From Desulfosudaceae bacterium (GTDB taxonomy: Bacteria > Desulfobacterota > Desulfobacteria > Desulfobacterales > Desulfosudaceae): DNA of 64,000 bases. Shown here piece after piece: positions 37,910 through 48,443 of this stretch. The DNA is taken from contig CAXXDV010000001.1 of assembly GCA_963674745.2 (NCBI GenBank), forward strand, positions 160,001 through 224,000, given 5' to 3'. How positions within the stretch are numbered: the stretch's first letter is position 1; every line of letters starts with the position of its first letter. The position numbers were made by a program, and so were the translations under genes. Under the pieces are notes generated by a model. It saw only the letters and a program-made list of their open reading frames with translations, was not told where the DNA came from and did not search any database.

Positions 37910-39055
37910 TTATACGTTTTCAAAATACGTATCTCCATCCTCAGGATCATAAAATTCGTTGATCCAGAACATGGTATATAAGTCCTCGTCCCCAATATTA
38001 GTGATATTATGGGTATACCAAATCGGCATGTCCACAAACGCCGGTTTGGCACCATCCAGGTCAAAAAAAAATGTGTCTGTGGTCCCGATTCTACGGATCT
38101 CTATCCTGGCCCGGCCCTTGATCACGGCAAAGCGTTCGAATTTCCGAGTATGAAAATGATTGCCCCGGGTAATTCCCGGCACAGTTGTTGAAAACGAAAC
38201 CTGCCCGCCGGCGTTGTCCAGTTTGAGGACCTCAACAAAACTACCGCGCTGATCCGAATGCGGCACAAGCTTTCCCGGATAAAAGGTCGAAAGGTCGATA
38301 TAGCAGACAAACGTATTAAACAGGTTCCGTTCGAAAGGGGTCGGAAGCCAAGGGATGATCTGCTTATCGAAATATGTATGTTTATAGCCCCGAAGTTTTT
38401 CCAGAAGATCTGAAACTTTGATCGTTGCCGTATGGGGAAGTTGGAGGACAGTTATCGGCGTCTGATCATCTGTATCGGTTGACGGGTGCCCGGCGATGCA
38501 TTGGACAATAACTTGAGCCAATTCGGCCACATACATGAGCCTGAGTTCACCGTCCAGATCGATTTCCGGTTGTTCGTCATGAGTCAACTGGTGACAGAAG
38601 GTGGCCACTACGGAATTGTAGTAGGGATGGCCGAACGGACCAAACACGTTGGGCATGACCAGTCCGGTAAACCGGGCCTGGTTTCGCTCTGCCCATTGCT
38701 CAAACAGTATGCGCCCCTGTTTTTTTGACTGGCCGTAGGGATTGTCCCGCTCTTCCTGAATGGAAGAGGCGAACAGCACATGGGGCCTTGACCCAGTTTT
38801 TTCCATGGCATGAATCAAACGCTGTACCAGATCCAGGTTGGTGTCATAAATGATCTGGGGGCTATTGTGCCGATTTAAAGCGGCCAAATGAACGATCACA
38901 TCACACTGGGAGACAAACTGCTCAAAAGCGGCGCGATTTTTGAAAAAATTCCGCTCGAAAGGCACTCGTTGAAAATTATCAGGTTTAAGGCCCAGCGTGT
39001 TGTACAAATGTGTACCGATAAATCCGTCTTGCCCGGTGATTCCGATATTTAACAT
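37910..39055 (-). CDS. fnlB: SDR reductase + cupin (FnlB/Cap5F/WbjC)
   Basis: ITGQDGFIG, YGQSK, YNSVVATFC and GITRGNHFH motifs. Confidence 0.88.
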   Translation of the reverse strand: MLNIGITGQDGFIGTHLYNTLGLKPDNFQRVPFERNFFKNRAAFEQFVSQCDVIVHLAALNRHNSPQIIYDTNLDLVQRLIHAMEKTGSRPHVLFASSIQEERDNPYGQSKKQGRILFEQWAERNQARFTGLVMPNVFGPFGHPYYNSVVATFCHQLTHDEQPEIDLDGELRLMYVAELAQVIVQCIAGHPSTDTDDQTPITVLQLPHTATIKVSDLLEKLRGYKHTYFDKQIIPWLPTPFERNLFNTFVCYIDLSTFYPGKLVPHSDQRGSFVEVLKLDNAGGQVSFSTTVPGITRGNHFHTRKFERFAVIKGRARIEIRRIGTTDTFFFDLDGAKPAFVDMPIWYTHNITNIGDEDLYTMFWINEFYDPEDGDTYFENV

Positions 39056-39079
39056 TTTCAGTTAACCTTTATCAGCTCA

Positions 39080-40117
39080 TCACGGCTCATAAACTGCGTC
39101 CAGTTCTTCACCCAGAACATCTCGCCGGATAAATCGCAGTTTCAACAACAATTCTTTTGTCTCATCCACATCCAACCGCCGGGTATTGTGCGAAGTATAT
39201 TTTTCCATCCGAGTAATCCGCTCATCCCCTTCTGTAAAATACTTCCCGTAATTAAGATCCCGCGTGTCCGCTGGTATGCGGTAATAATCACCCAGATCCT
39301 CAGCCTTGGCCATCTCCTCCCGGCTGACCAAAGATTCATAGACTTTTTCTCCGTGCCGGGTGCCGATGATCTGGATCGGATTATTCTCGCCATAAAGTTC
39401 CAGTAAGGCTCTAGCCAGGTCCGCGATGGTGACGGCTGGTGCTTTCTGAATGAAAATATCTCCCGGCTTGCCGTTTTCAAACGCGAACAGGACCAGTTCC
39501 ACCGCGTCTTCCAGAGTCATCATGAAGCGGGTCATGCCAGGGTCCGTTATGGTAAGGGCTTGACCGCTTTTGATCTGGCCCACGAATAAGGGGATCACGC
39601 TTCCCCGAGAGGCCATGACATTGCCGTAACGGGTTCCGCAGAGCATGGTGGAACCGCCATTCAAGTGCCGGGCTTTGGCGATCATCACCTTCTCCCCCAT
39701 GGCCTTTGACATGCCCATGGCATTGATTGGATAAACCGCCTTGTCCGTACTCAAACAAATCATTTTCTGCACACCGTTGTCCAGGGCCGCGCCAATAACG
39801 TTTTCCAATCCCATGACATTGGTCCGCACGGATTCCATGGGAAAAAATTCGCACGAAGGGACCTGCTTGAGCGCAGCGGCATGAAACACATAATCCACGC
39901 CTTCCATAGCATAGCCGACACTTCGCTGGCTGCGCACGTCTCCGATATAATACCTAATTCGGTCATTGCGGTAAAACTGCCGCATGTCATCCTGTTTCTT
40001 TTCATCCCGGGAAAAGATACGAATCTCGGAGAAGGTCTCGGCAGTCAAAAAGCGACGGAGGACAGCGTTACCGAAGGAACCGGTGCCGCCGGTAATGAGA
40101 AGGGTTTTGTTTGCCAT
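39080..40117 (-). CDS. fnlA: UDP-GlcNAc 4,6-dehydratase/5-epimerase (FnlA/Cap5E/WbjB)
   Basis: TGGTGSFG, SRDEKKQDDMR, HAAALKQVPSCEFFP, STDKAVYPINAMG and RYGNVMASRGSVIP motifs. Confidence 0.92.
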   Translation of the reverse strand: MANKTLLITGGTGSFGNAVLRRFLTAETFSEIRIFSRDEKKQDDMRQFYRNDRIRYYIGDVRSQRSVGYAMEGVDYVFHAAALKQVPSCEFFPMESVRTNVMGLENVIGAALDNGVQKMICLSTDKAVYPINAMGMSKAMGEKVMIAKARHLNGGSTMLCGTRYGNVMASRGSVIPLFVGQIKSGQALTITDPGMTRFMMTLEDAVELVLFAFENGKPGDIFIQKAPAVTIADLARALLELYGENNPIQIIGTRHGEKVYESLVSREEMAKAEDLGDYYRIPADTRDLNYGKYFTEGDERITRMEKYTSHNTRRLDVDETKELLLKLRFIRRDVLGEELDAVYEP

Positions 40118-40174
40118 AATTATTTGCCTTGATTCTAACTCTTTCGATTTGCCTTTAGTTTGATATAAAAGAAT

Positions 40175-41443
40175 TCACCGGTTATTTCTATCAAGCAAAG
40201 GTTGAAAATACAATCCTGGTATAATAACTAACAGCATTAAAAAGGGTTCTCGGCCGGCGATGTTTTTCATTAGCCCCAATAAGACAAAGGCGCCGACACA
40301 AAGAAGATAATAAAATTTAGATTGAGTATCAAACACAAAAGCAACCGCCTTAACTATTTGAAACAAAACGAATACAAAAAACAAAAAACCAGGGACCCCC
40401 CAGAGAGCCAACCGATACATCCAATACAAATGAGTCCATGCCCCCCTAGGATATGAAATAAACCGTCTACTATCAGAAGCCGCGCCCAATAACGGAGAAA
40501 TTTTTAACTCTTCAAAAAGGAAAGGGTAACGCCCCATCCTGCCACCTGCACCGGTAGTCCAATCCAATTGAAAATCCTGAACAAATTGAGCCGCATCTGT
40601 TAGTTTGTTATACATAATTGAATTTTTGTCAAAATGTGAACTTAATCCCAAAAGCATATCAACATAGGAATGAGTTGGAATTATTAAAAAAATAATGGTG
40701 ATCGCGACTACTATCACGATAGATTTTCTAAAGCTTCTGGCGCCAGCAAGTGAAAATATCGTGATAACAAACGCTACAAGGACGTTTGCAAATACTTTTG
40801 AACGGACCAAAGTTACAAGTATTAAAACAAGTACTAAGATCAATCCCTTTCTATGAAAAATCATTTTTTTACCTGACTTTATATAATAAACCAGAACAGG
40901 AATTAAGCAGCACAACGCCTGTGCATAACCGTAACTAGCTGCACCCGTAATGTTGAAAAGCCAGGCCTGAAAATGAGTATAATTTCCTGGAGATGCAGAT
41001 TGACGAACAGTCATAGGATCAAAAAAAAGGGCTATATTGGTCATAATAATTGTTATTAGTACAAAATAAAAACCTAGTTTACCAACACTCGCAAGCCCCT
41101 TGTAATCCTTTCGACGATAATAATAAAACAAAATAACGGCAAAAATAAAAATAGAATAAAATTCATCTAAAGCTTTTATACGATGCCAAGCCGGCATATC
41201 TTTCCACAAGGTATACTGTAATATACCAAGGGATAAGGTTGCATATAACATTAAATATAATACGGCTTTTTCTTTAAATACTGATGAGCACGACAATAAA
41301 ATTGAAAGCAGGGCAGCCGGCCCCCAAAAGTAACGGAAACTGCCCACTACCGGAGGCAGATTATTCGCGACCACATACAAAGAAGTCATTAAAACCGTAA
41401 TTTTGAGAACGAATGGGACAGAAATTTTTGTTGGCAAATACAT
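40175..41443 (-). CDS. Polytopic membrane protein, probable Wzy polymerase/O-antigen ligase-like
   Basis: About 10-11 hydrophobic segments with a large loop and a conserved His (WTHLYW); located among GTs near the flippase. Confidence 0.6.
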   Translation of the reverse strand: MYLPTKISVPFVLKITVLMTSLYVVANNLPPVVGSFRYFWGPAALLSILLSCSSVFKEKAVLYLMLYATLSLGILQYTLWKDMPAWHRIKALDEFYSIFIFAVILFYYYRRKDYKGLASVGKLGFYFVLITIIMTNIALFFDPMTVRQSASPGNYTHFQAWLFNITGAASYGYAQALCCLIPVLVYYIKSGKKMIFHRKGLILVLVLILVTLVRSKVFANVLVAFVITIFSLAGARSFRKSIVIVVAITIIFLIIPTHSYVDMLLGLSSHFDKNSIMYNKLTDAAQFVQDFQLDWTTGAGGRMGRYPFLFEELKISPLLGAASDSRRFISYPRGAWTHLYWMYRLALWGVPGFLFFVFVLFQIVKAVAFVFDTQSKFYYLLCVGAFVLLGLMKNIAGREPFLMLLVIIPGLYFQPLLDRNNR

Positions 41444-41456
41444 TACTAATTAATGA

Positions 41457-42719
41457 CTATTTCTTGCGGGATAAATTTATAATATCAGAATATATTTTCA
41501 AAAGTTTGTTTGCATTTTCTGCCTTATCATGTCTCTTCAAAGCACGCCGTCGTGCATTTTGGCCCATTTCTATAGCCTTGGTGAAATTTTCTTTCAATTC
41601 TAAAACAGCACCTGCCATGGCCCAGGGATCTCCATTTTGTATAAGAATACCCTCTTGGCCATCCGTTAAAAGAGAACCGGTACCGCCGACAAAAGTTGCA
41701 ATACAGGGCATGCCAAGTATCATTGCTTCACAAAGATTGTTAGGGCTGTTCTCAATATGTGAGGTCATCACGTAAATATCCGCTTCCAACATTTTTAGAA
41801 TCAAGGCATCTTCAGTTAAAGGGCCAAGATACACCAAATTTTTATTCGGAAATTTACTTTTTAGTTTTTTCTTTACCACTTTAACAATCAAATCATTTTC
41901 TCTGATACCAGCGACTCTCCATTCGCAGTCAATGCCAAATTTGTTCAATTCATTTAGAGATAGACAAAGGGTTTCAAACCCTTTGTGAAAGAGATTGCCA
42001 TTCGTCGTGTGCAGGATCAACTTTTTCTTATTCTTATGTACCCATTTCGTATGATAAAAACCATCTCGCAAAATTCTATCATTATGGAAATAGCCCCTTT
42101 TGGGTGCCATTAAGCGGCTAATTCGCCTATCCCAATCAGTACGGCCTATACAATACTTACAATTTTTCCAGTTTCTTTCTTCCAGCAACTGCATTTTGAT
42201 AAACATACTTCGTTTTTTTTGAAAAGAATGCGGGAAAAGCAACGTTTTGGGATTAGAAACGCGAATTCTTTTTAATCTTAGATAATTGCTCTCAATTCCG
42301 CTACAGAATTTATGAAGGCAAACAGTTACATTGCCCTGAATGGTTAGTGCAATAGGGATTTCTGTTTTACCAAGTATGCATCCAAATGGATTTTCTGTCC
42401 CATGTATATCAATAATGTCCGGTTGAATTTTATTTATGATGTTCAAATAAATATCTATATGCTTGGTATCAATAATCTCGTTGAACAAAAGCGTCTTAAT
42501 TTCTTCAAATAAATGCTTATATTTCCTAATGGGATGATACGTTGTTTTTCCATGTCGGAAACTACCAATGTTTTCATTATGATAAAATGCGACATGAAGT
42601 TCAACTTTCTCTTGAATTGCTTTATCCAGCGCTTTGAGCCATCCTCCCGTACCCGACAGTTGATTGTTGAAATATTCGTCACTATTTGCCGAAGTATTTG
42701 AAAACCATAGAACTTTCAT
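41457..42719 (-). CDS. Glycosyltransferase family 4
   Basis: HGTE and SHIENSPNNLCEAMILGMP motifs. Confidence 0.85.
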   Translation of the reverse strand: MKVLWFSNTSANSDEYFNNQLSGTGGWLKALDKAIQEKVELHVAFYHNENIGSFRHGKTTYHPIRKYKHLFEEIKTLLFNEIIDTKHIDIYLNIINKIQPDIIDIHGTENPFGCILGKTEIPIALTIQGNVTVCLHKFCSGIESNYLRLKRIRVSNPKTLLFPHSFQKKRSMFIKMQLLEERNWKNCKYCIGRTDWDRRISRLMAPKRGYFHNDRILRDGFYHTKWVHKNKKKLILHTTNGNLFHKGFETLCLSLNELNKFGIDCEWRVAGIRENDLIVKVVKKKLKSKFPNKNLVYLGPLTEDALILKMLEADIYVMTSHIENSPNNLCEAMILGMPCIATFVGGTGSLLTDGQEGILIQNGDPWAMAGAVLELKENFTKAIEMGQNARRRALKRHDKAENANKLLKIYSDIINLSRKK

Positions 42720-43678
42720 TTATACTTATTAATCATCCTTTTCAACAAAACATAAAATCGATAGGTATTATAATTTTGGTACTTTATATATAATTTTATT
42801 TTTTGCCTAAGTGGTAGTTTAAAATAATTAGGTATTACATTGTTCAAGCATTTATTCGACAAAGGATCAGCAAGCGAATAGTTAAAACAGTTCTCACAAT
42901 CAATTGTTTGTTTAGAAAAGATATTTTCACTGATGGTTCCACAATGGATTCCGCTGCCATCATGCCCCCAATTTCGTACTTTTGAAATAATCGGGAAAAT
43001 ACAGAACTTGTCATCTTCTATTAAATAAGTCGCGATAGCTCTATCTCCAGTAGGATTTTTTTTCTTAGCTATATAAGACAGGATATTGAAAAACCGCCTT
43101 TCGTCGAAACGTTTAATTTTCTTTATAATTTTTTTATTCTTCAACAATTCCTCAAGTTCAAAAACAGTATAGATATCTTTGAAATTACGATTCTTCCAAG
43201 TTCCATATCCCCATGCTGAAAATCCTTTTCCATAGAAATAATTATAGTCTTCAGAGCAATTAATTGTAACCGGATAAAGGTATCCACAAATCGCTAAAAC
43301 TCTATCATCAGCTTCAAATTTGTCTAACCCTTTATTAATATAGTCCAAAAAATTGGGAGAGAACTCATTATCATCTTCAGAGAAGATTATTCTATCAAAT
43401 TTCCCAAAAATAATTTTCATGGAATTTTTTAGGTTTTCACGTGCCCCAAAGTTTTTTTCCCTTTGTATAACTTCTATAGAATTAAACCCTTGGATAGTCG
43501 GTAGATATTCAACAATTTTCCGATAACCTTCCCAGTGAGAATCATTTAAGGGAAGATCCAAAGCGATGAATAGATCTGTTTTCTCAGCATGGGTACATCT
43601 TGAAAGAGATTCAACGCATCTTCTGAAGTGTTCATACCTGTTTAACGTCGGAATTAATACCGGGGCAAATTTATCCAC
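42716..43678 (-). CDS. Glycosyltransferase family 2-like (GT-A)
   Basis: PTLNR..H, N.G, IFSEDD, FSAWGYGTW and N.GHDGSG.H motifs. Confidence 0.8.
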   Translation of the reverse strand: MDKFAPVLIPTLNRYEHFRRCVESLSRCTHAEKTDLFIALDLPLNDSHWEGYRKIVEYLPTIQGFNSIEVIQREKNFGARENLKNSMKIIFGKFDRIIFSEDDNEFSPNFLDYINKGLDKFEADDRVLAICGYLYPVTINCSEDYNYFYGKGFSAWGYGTWKNRNFKDIYTVFELEELLKNKKIIKKIKRFDERRFFNILSYIAKKKNPTGDRAIATYLIEDDKFCIFPIISKVRNWGHDGSGIHCGTISENIFSKQTIDCENCFNYSLADPLSNKCLNNVIPNYFKLPLRQKIKLYIKYQNYNTYRFYVLLKRMINKYK

Positions 43679-45200
43679 AAACTTTAGCTCTCAATAACAT
43701 TTTTTTTATAATCTCAATGGCAAAATTCTTCTCTTTCTTTTCTAAACCGACAAAAAAGATTGCCGCAAAAAGAACGAACATTGAAAAGATAGAAAAACAA
43801 AAAAATCGGATTATGCCACAGGGAAAATACGGTTTGATAAAAAAAAGAGGCCCTGTCAGCAGAGCAACATATAGTATTTTAACGTAGGATGTTTTTATAA
43901 AATATTTTACATCAAAATCGATCAGGGCTTTCAACAAAATTTGTCGCGATACCACATTTAAAATAGCCGTTGCAATATAACCTATTTGTATCGCATAAGG
44001 GGGATATCCTGTTTTAAATAGTATATAACCAATGGGCAAACTTATCAGAGAAGTGGTGCTTAAAATAATCTGAAAATATTTAATTTTCCCTGTTGCATCC
44101 ACCAGCGCGGGAACACCGGCACCAAGGCTCTCCACCAGTTCGTTGATTATCATAAGCTGGCAAAAAATTACCGTGTATGGCGGAACAACATCTAACCACA
44201 CCTTAATTAAAAAATCCGTTTCCAGCAAAATCGGTAATGACGGAATTAGCATTAAAAAACAGGTGTATTTTGAAATATGGGCGGCCAGGGTAACGGATCG
44301 GTTGGTGTTACCACTGCTGAAACTTTTGGTGATCTGCGGAATAGCCGCCTGCCCCAAATTCCTTGAAAAAGCCGACACTACTCCATTTACTTGTTTGGCG
44401 ATACCAAACCCCGCGTTGAGCACCGTCCCAAAAAATGCATTAATGATAAGTGCAGACCCTTGAATTTTTCCAATTGCAGCAATGCCCCCAATTGTCACCC
44501 AGCCTGAGAAAGACAACATTTCTTTATATTTAGAAAACTCTTTTCGAAATTTCCATTTAATGATTTCCTTATATTTTTTTTTGCAGTATGCAAAAAAAAG
44601 AAAAGAAGGCGTACCATTGGCTATGGCGATCAGTACTGCATAAAGCCTTAGTTTTTCATCGGTGTAAAAAATTATGAGCGCCGCAATAAATGCCAGTACA
44701 CTTCTGATAATTTCTATGATTACCCGTACTGCAAATTTTTCATTGGCTGTTACCAGACCCTGGTAAGGAATACTAACCACAGAGAAACAAGTAGCCAACG
44801 CAGAAAACCGCATTACAAACAATGCATCAGCTATTTTTCCAGCATCAACATTTAGATAGTTTTTCACATAAAAAACGCCGGCTGTCTCAGCCAGAACTAA
44901 AACCAGTATTGCCAGGCAAAGGTGTATAACCAGGCTTATATTAAAGACCTGGTTGACACCGGCGACACTTTTTTTGCCCATTTCATACGCGATAAAACGG
45001 TAGGTTGTTGAAGTTAAAATTGGGTTTAAAAAAGCCAGCATAACCACAATCCCACCTACCACACTGTACAATCCATAATCGGTAACGCCGAGGCCTTGAA
45101 TTACAAAACGAGATGCTACCAAGCCTAATATTGATGTAAACACCAATCGGAAAAAAAGAATGCTGCTATTTTTAAGTATAATAATATTATCTTTTGACAT
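43671..45200 (-). CDS. wzx: Wzx polysaccharide flippase (MOP/MATE-like)
   Basis: 509 aa with about 12-14 TMs; LG..DYGLYSVVGG motif. Confidence 0.85.
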   Translation of the reverse strand: MSKDNIIILKNSSILFFRLVFTSILGLVASRFVIQGLGVTDYGLYSVVGGIVVMLAFLNPILTSTTYRFIAYEMGKKSVAGVNQVFNISLVIHLCLAILVLVLAETAGVFYVKNYLNVDAGKIADALFVMRFSALATCFSVVSIPYQGLVTANEKFAVRVIIEIIRSVLAFIAALIIFYTDEKLRLYAVLIAIANGTPSFLFFAYCKKKYKEIIKWKFRKEFSKYKEMLSFSGWVTIGGIAAIGKIQGSALIINAFFGTVLNAGFGIAKQVNGVVSAFSRNLGQAAIPQITKSFSSGNTNRSVTLAAHISKYTCFLMLIPSLPILLETDFLIKVWLDVVPPYTVIFCQLMIINELVESLGAGVPALVDATGKIKYFQIILSTTSLISLPIGYILFKTGYPPYAIQIGYIATAILNVVSRQILLKALIDFDVKYFIKTSYVKILYVALLTGPLFFIKPYFPCGIIRFFCFSIFSMFVLFAAIFFVGLEKKEKNFAIEIIKKMLLRAKVCG

Positions 45201-45239
45201 TTGTGCGCAAAATCCCTATAAACACAATGGTCTTTATTT

Positions 45240-45896
45240 TCATGGTTTCATGGCTTCCATCACCAGTGTTTCGTGCTTTCTTACTGCTTCTTCTTTCATT
45301 AAGCGTTTGTCTGTACCAGTTTCACCAAATTTTAATTCTTTTATATTTTTGAACCCTTGCATTCCAAGAGCTACAGTTAACAATTCAACATCCCAAACTG
45401 AATGATGGCCCCAGTTTTGAGTCCAATTGCCAATCGCTTCTGCTTTATACTTATAAAGAGGATTCACAATTTTACCATTATAGATATCTACAGCAATTTT
45501 TAAATCTGGTACATTGATATGAAGCCAACAGCCTGGTTTTAAAATTCTATATATTTCACTTAATAACTGGTAAGCATGATTTGGCCATAAATGTTCAAGG
45601 GTATGGCCAGAATAGACACCATCAACGACATTGTCCGGGCAATTTAGAGGAAATCGCAAATCAGTTTCTACTTCCGGCAGCCGTCTTTTCTTCCACGGCT
45701 TACGAAGGTTATGATAAAAATCTACATGAATCCAACCATCCGTGAAATTGTTACCCACACCGATATCGACAAGCATGGGCTTCTGGTTTAAGGGGAACCG
45801 GCTTTTAGTGTTGTAAAAAAAACGTCTCCCAAAAAAACTATTCAATTCGAAAGAGAACTCTTGCCAGAACGATGGAGCTGAGTAATTTGGATACAT
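45240..45896 (-). CDS. Class I SAM-dependent methyltransferase domain protein
   Basis: VDIGVG, HTLEHL and YRILKPG motifs. ATG at 45896 preferred. Confidence 0.75.
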   Translation of the reverse strand: MYPNYSAPSFWQEFSFELNSFFGRRFFYNTKSRFPLNQKPMLVDIGVGNNFTDGWIHVDFYHNLRKPWKKRRLPEVETDLRFPLNCPDNVVDGVYSGHTLEHLWPNHAYQLLSEIYRILKPGCWLHINVPDLKIAVDIYNGKIVNPLYKYKAEAIGNWTQNWGHHSVWDVELLTVALGMQGFKNIKELKFGETGTDKRLMKEEAVRKHETLVMEAMKP

Positions 45897-45938
45897 TGCT
45901 TTTAGACTTTGCTTCTGCAAAAAATTTTATATTTAATA

Positions 45939-47711
45939 CCTGAATTTTGCACGTAACATCCCGCAATCGACCTTCTGGCCACGTTAAAATTATTCGGTGG
46001 TAGTCATTCTCTCCCGCCGATTCACATATCAATCACCCTCAGCCTTCGTCCTTCAAGCATCCGGATGGCCGCTGACCCGAATAACTTTTTATTTTCACAA
46101 CACATATCGTACAAATTTTTCTTTGCTCTTATTATGCGATAGTAAAATTTTGCGGCCAGCCGTTGTCGTTTATCCAAGCCTTGGGCTTGTGTCGGGCCTC
46201 ATCCAAAAAATTGAGAAAGTTGATCATGGCCGGCGTTCTGGCATCGTGGATCGAATATTTCACCTTAGTCCGGTTCTGAGCCATTACCACTTTTGCGGCA
46301 ATAAAAAGCATCTTCAGTCGGGCGATCCGGAGGGTATTGGTGCCGATCTCTTTCATGCCTAGCGCTGATTCTTCCGTACTCTCTGCGGCGGCCTCACTGT
46401 TAACGGCAAGTAGCTTCATATAACGCCAGATATTATAGGCCAGCATGACCAATTGAAAAAATGCGTAGTTGCTTTTGAATTTGCCTGTTGGGATGGCGTC
46501 CAGCCCTTCCCGTTTGGCCTCACCAACAAGATTTTCCACGTCGGCACGCTTATCATATTCAGAGACAACTTTATGCGCCGGACCGGCTTTATCCGTACAA
46601 AAAATCCGATAAGTGAAACGATCTTCTTCTAAAATTTCCTGCTGGACCGGCTTGTCCGTTTTTTGTTCTTTGGGGATGCGCATAGCAACAAACCGGCAGG
46701 GCTCCTGCCAGCCCATGGGCTGATAAATGCAATCATTATATTCGATATCACTCCTTTGATAAGGACGGTACCAGGTATGTGGATCAAACCAAGGAGCGCA
46801 CTTCTTATTGGCAATAATAAACCGAAAATCACAATCTTTGGCAGCGGCTACGGCCTCCCAGCTGCAAAACTCGCCATCGGCCCGAAGCAACACAGCCTGC
46901 ACACAGCCGGGAAGCTGATTTTTGATTTCGTGAATAAAGTCGGCAGTCTCTTGTCCGGAGATGGTTTCTCCGGCGCGCAATTTACCGGCAATATATTCCC
47001 GGGTCTGATCAATAAAAGCCAATACCGGCCGATAACCTTTCTTGCCCCGGTGTTTGGTGTTATGGCCTTTGCGTCCGCCTTGCTGACGGCCGTATATCGT
47101 CTCCACCGTGGTATCGATACTGATGTTTATCTGGCCATAATACAAACCAAGCTGCTTCCAGACCCGTTCACGCAGAACGCTCATGACCATTAAAAGAGAT
47201 TTGCCCTGGTTAATCCCCATACTGTCAACGTATCGCCAGAAGGTGCTGACCACAGGAAGTCGCTCCAACTTGAAAAACCCGCACATCATGGCATCCAGTC
47301 GAACATATGCAAAATGGCAGATACGGTTGAACCCTATAAACAGTAGCATCAAAACACCAACCACCATCGAATAATGACCCAGCTTGGGATCGCGACGAGG
47401 CGCAATATAGGATGAGTCAAAGATTTCAGCAAAATTGACCAGATCCAAAAATTATATCAATCCCAAAAGCCCGCCAAATGGGCTTAAATGTTCAGAGCAG
47501 GTATCAAATCCTGTTGAAGCGGTGATTTTTCTGGCATTGGCAAATTTTCTTTTAAACCCTTACCGACACGCTTTTTACTGTTATTCTTTTTACGCTGTTT
47601 TACCATCTGGGTACCTCCTGTTTTTATTATTGGTTGTTTCGCAAACCCCAATATAACAGGAGGCCCGGATGGTTTCTTCTATTTTTTTAAAGCAGTCGTG
47701 CAAAATTCAGG
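45939..47711 (-). mobile_element. IS1380-family insertion sequence (1773 bp)
   Basis: Perfect 15-bp terminal inverted repeats cctgaattttgcacg (45939-45953) and cgtgcaaaattcagg (47697-47711) enclose a DDE transposase. Confidence 0.88.
46132..47606 (-). pseudogene. IS1380-family DDE transposase, probably inactivated at the 5' end
   Basis: SIDTT, LRADGEF and YDKRADVENLVGEAK motifs. The AGGAGG-ATG at 47606 is out of frame with the body, and an in-frame TAA at 47452-47454 interrupts LSPFGGLLGLI*FLD. Confidence 0.75.
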
Positions 47712-47749
47712 TGATAATAGTAGTTGAATATTGCCGGTGCATCAAAAAA

Positions 47750-48382
47750 TCAAGCCAATCCACCTCTTTTTGCCGGGATCCCAACAACTGTTTGGCCGTC
47801 AGCAATATTCTTGGTAACCACAGCCCCTGCACCAACGACAACATTATTGCCTATTTTTATTTTAGGCAGTATTACACAACCCGTCCCTAATGAACAAAAA
47901 GCACCTATTTGGCAATTACCCGCGACATGAACCCCGGGCGACAGTTCTGTATATTTCCCTATTTTTGTATCATGGGAAACTGTGCAATTTAAATTCACAA
48001 GGCACCCCTCACCGATAGTTGTATCATTTTCTATTATAGCCCCAGTCAGTATATTGCAGCCTAGCCCGATTACTGTATTAAAGATTCCAATATCAGCTTT
48101 TGGAGAAATAAGTGTCGTAAGTCTACCACCAATTTCGATAAATTTTTTTGACAGGTTAAATCTTATCTGGGGGCGACCAACACCTATAACAAATCGGCTA
48201 TCACCAGCTGAAAACAACGCCTGGGCCTGTTCGAAGTTTCTTAATATTATAAATTGATCGTATAATTTCTCCGGCAAGTCTTTGTTCGTATTATCAAAGA
48301 AAAAAATATTCTCTAATTCTCCAAGTTGACTGAAAATCTGTAATATCTGTTTTGAAAACCCTTTTGCTCCTATAACCAACAT
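47750..48382 (-). CDS. Sugar N/O-acetyltransferase (NeuD/PglD/VioB-like)
   Basis: IGAKGF, NCTVSHD and hexapeptide repeats. Confidence 0.88.
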   Translation of the reverse strand: MLVIGAKGFSKQILQIFSQLGELENIFFFDNTNKDLPEKLYDQFIILRNFEQAQALFSAGDSRFVIGVGRPQIRFNLSKKFIEIGGRLTTLISPKADIGIFNTVIGLGCNILTGAIIENDTTIGEGCLVNLNCTVSHDTKIGKYTELSPGVHVAGNCQIGAFCSLGTGCVILPKIKIGNNVVVGAGAVVTKNIADGQTVVGIPAKRGGLA

Positions 48383-48443
48383 AAAAATACTTCCTTTCAG
48401 TTATTAAGCTTAAACCTCTCAACTGACTTTGAGTCGGGGCTAC

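Noticed and set aside
47545..47560. Programmed -1 frameshift in the transposase
   Set aside because: A slippery-looking T TTA AAA is present, but a downstream in-frame TAA would still truncate the product, so decay is more parsimonious.
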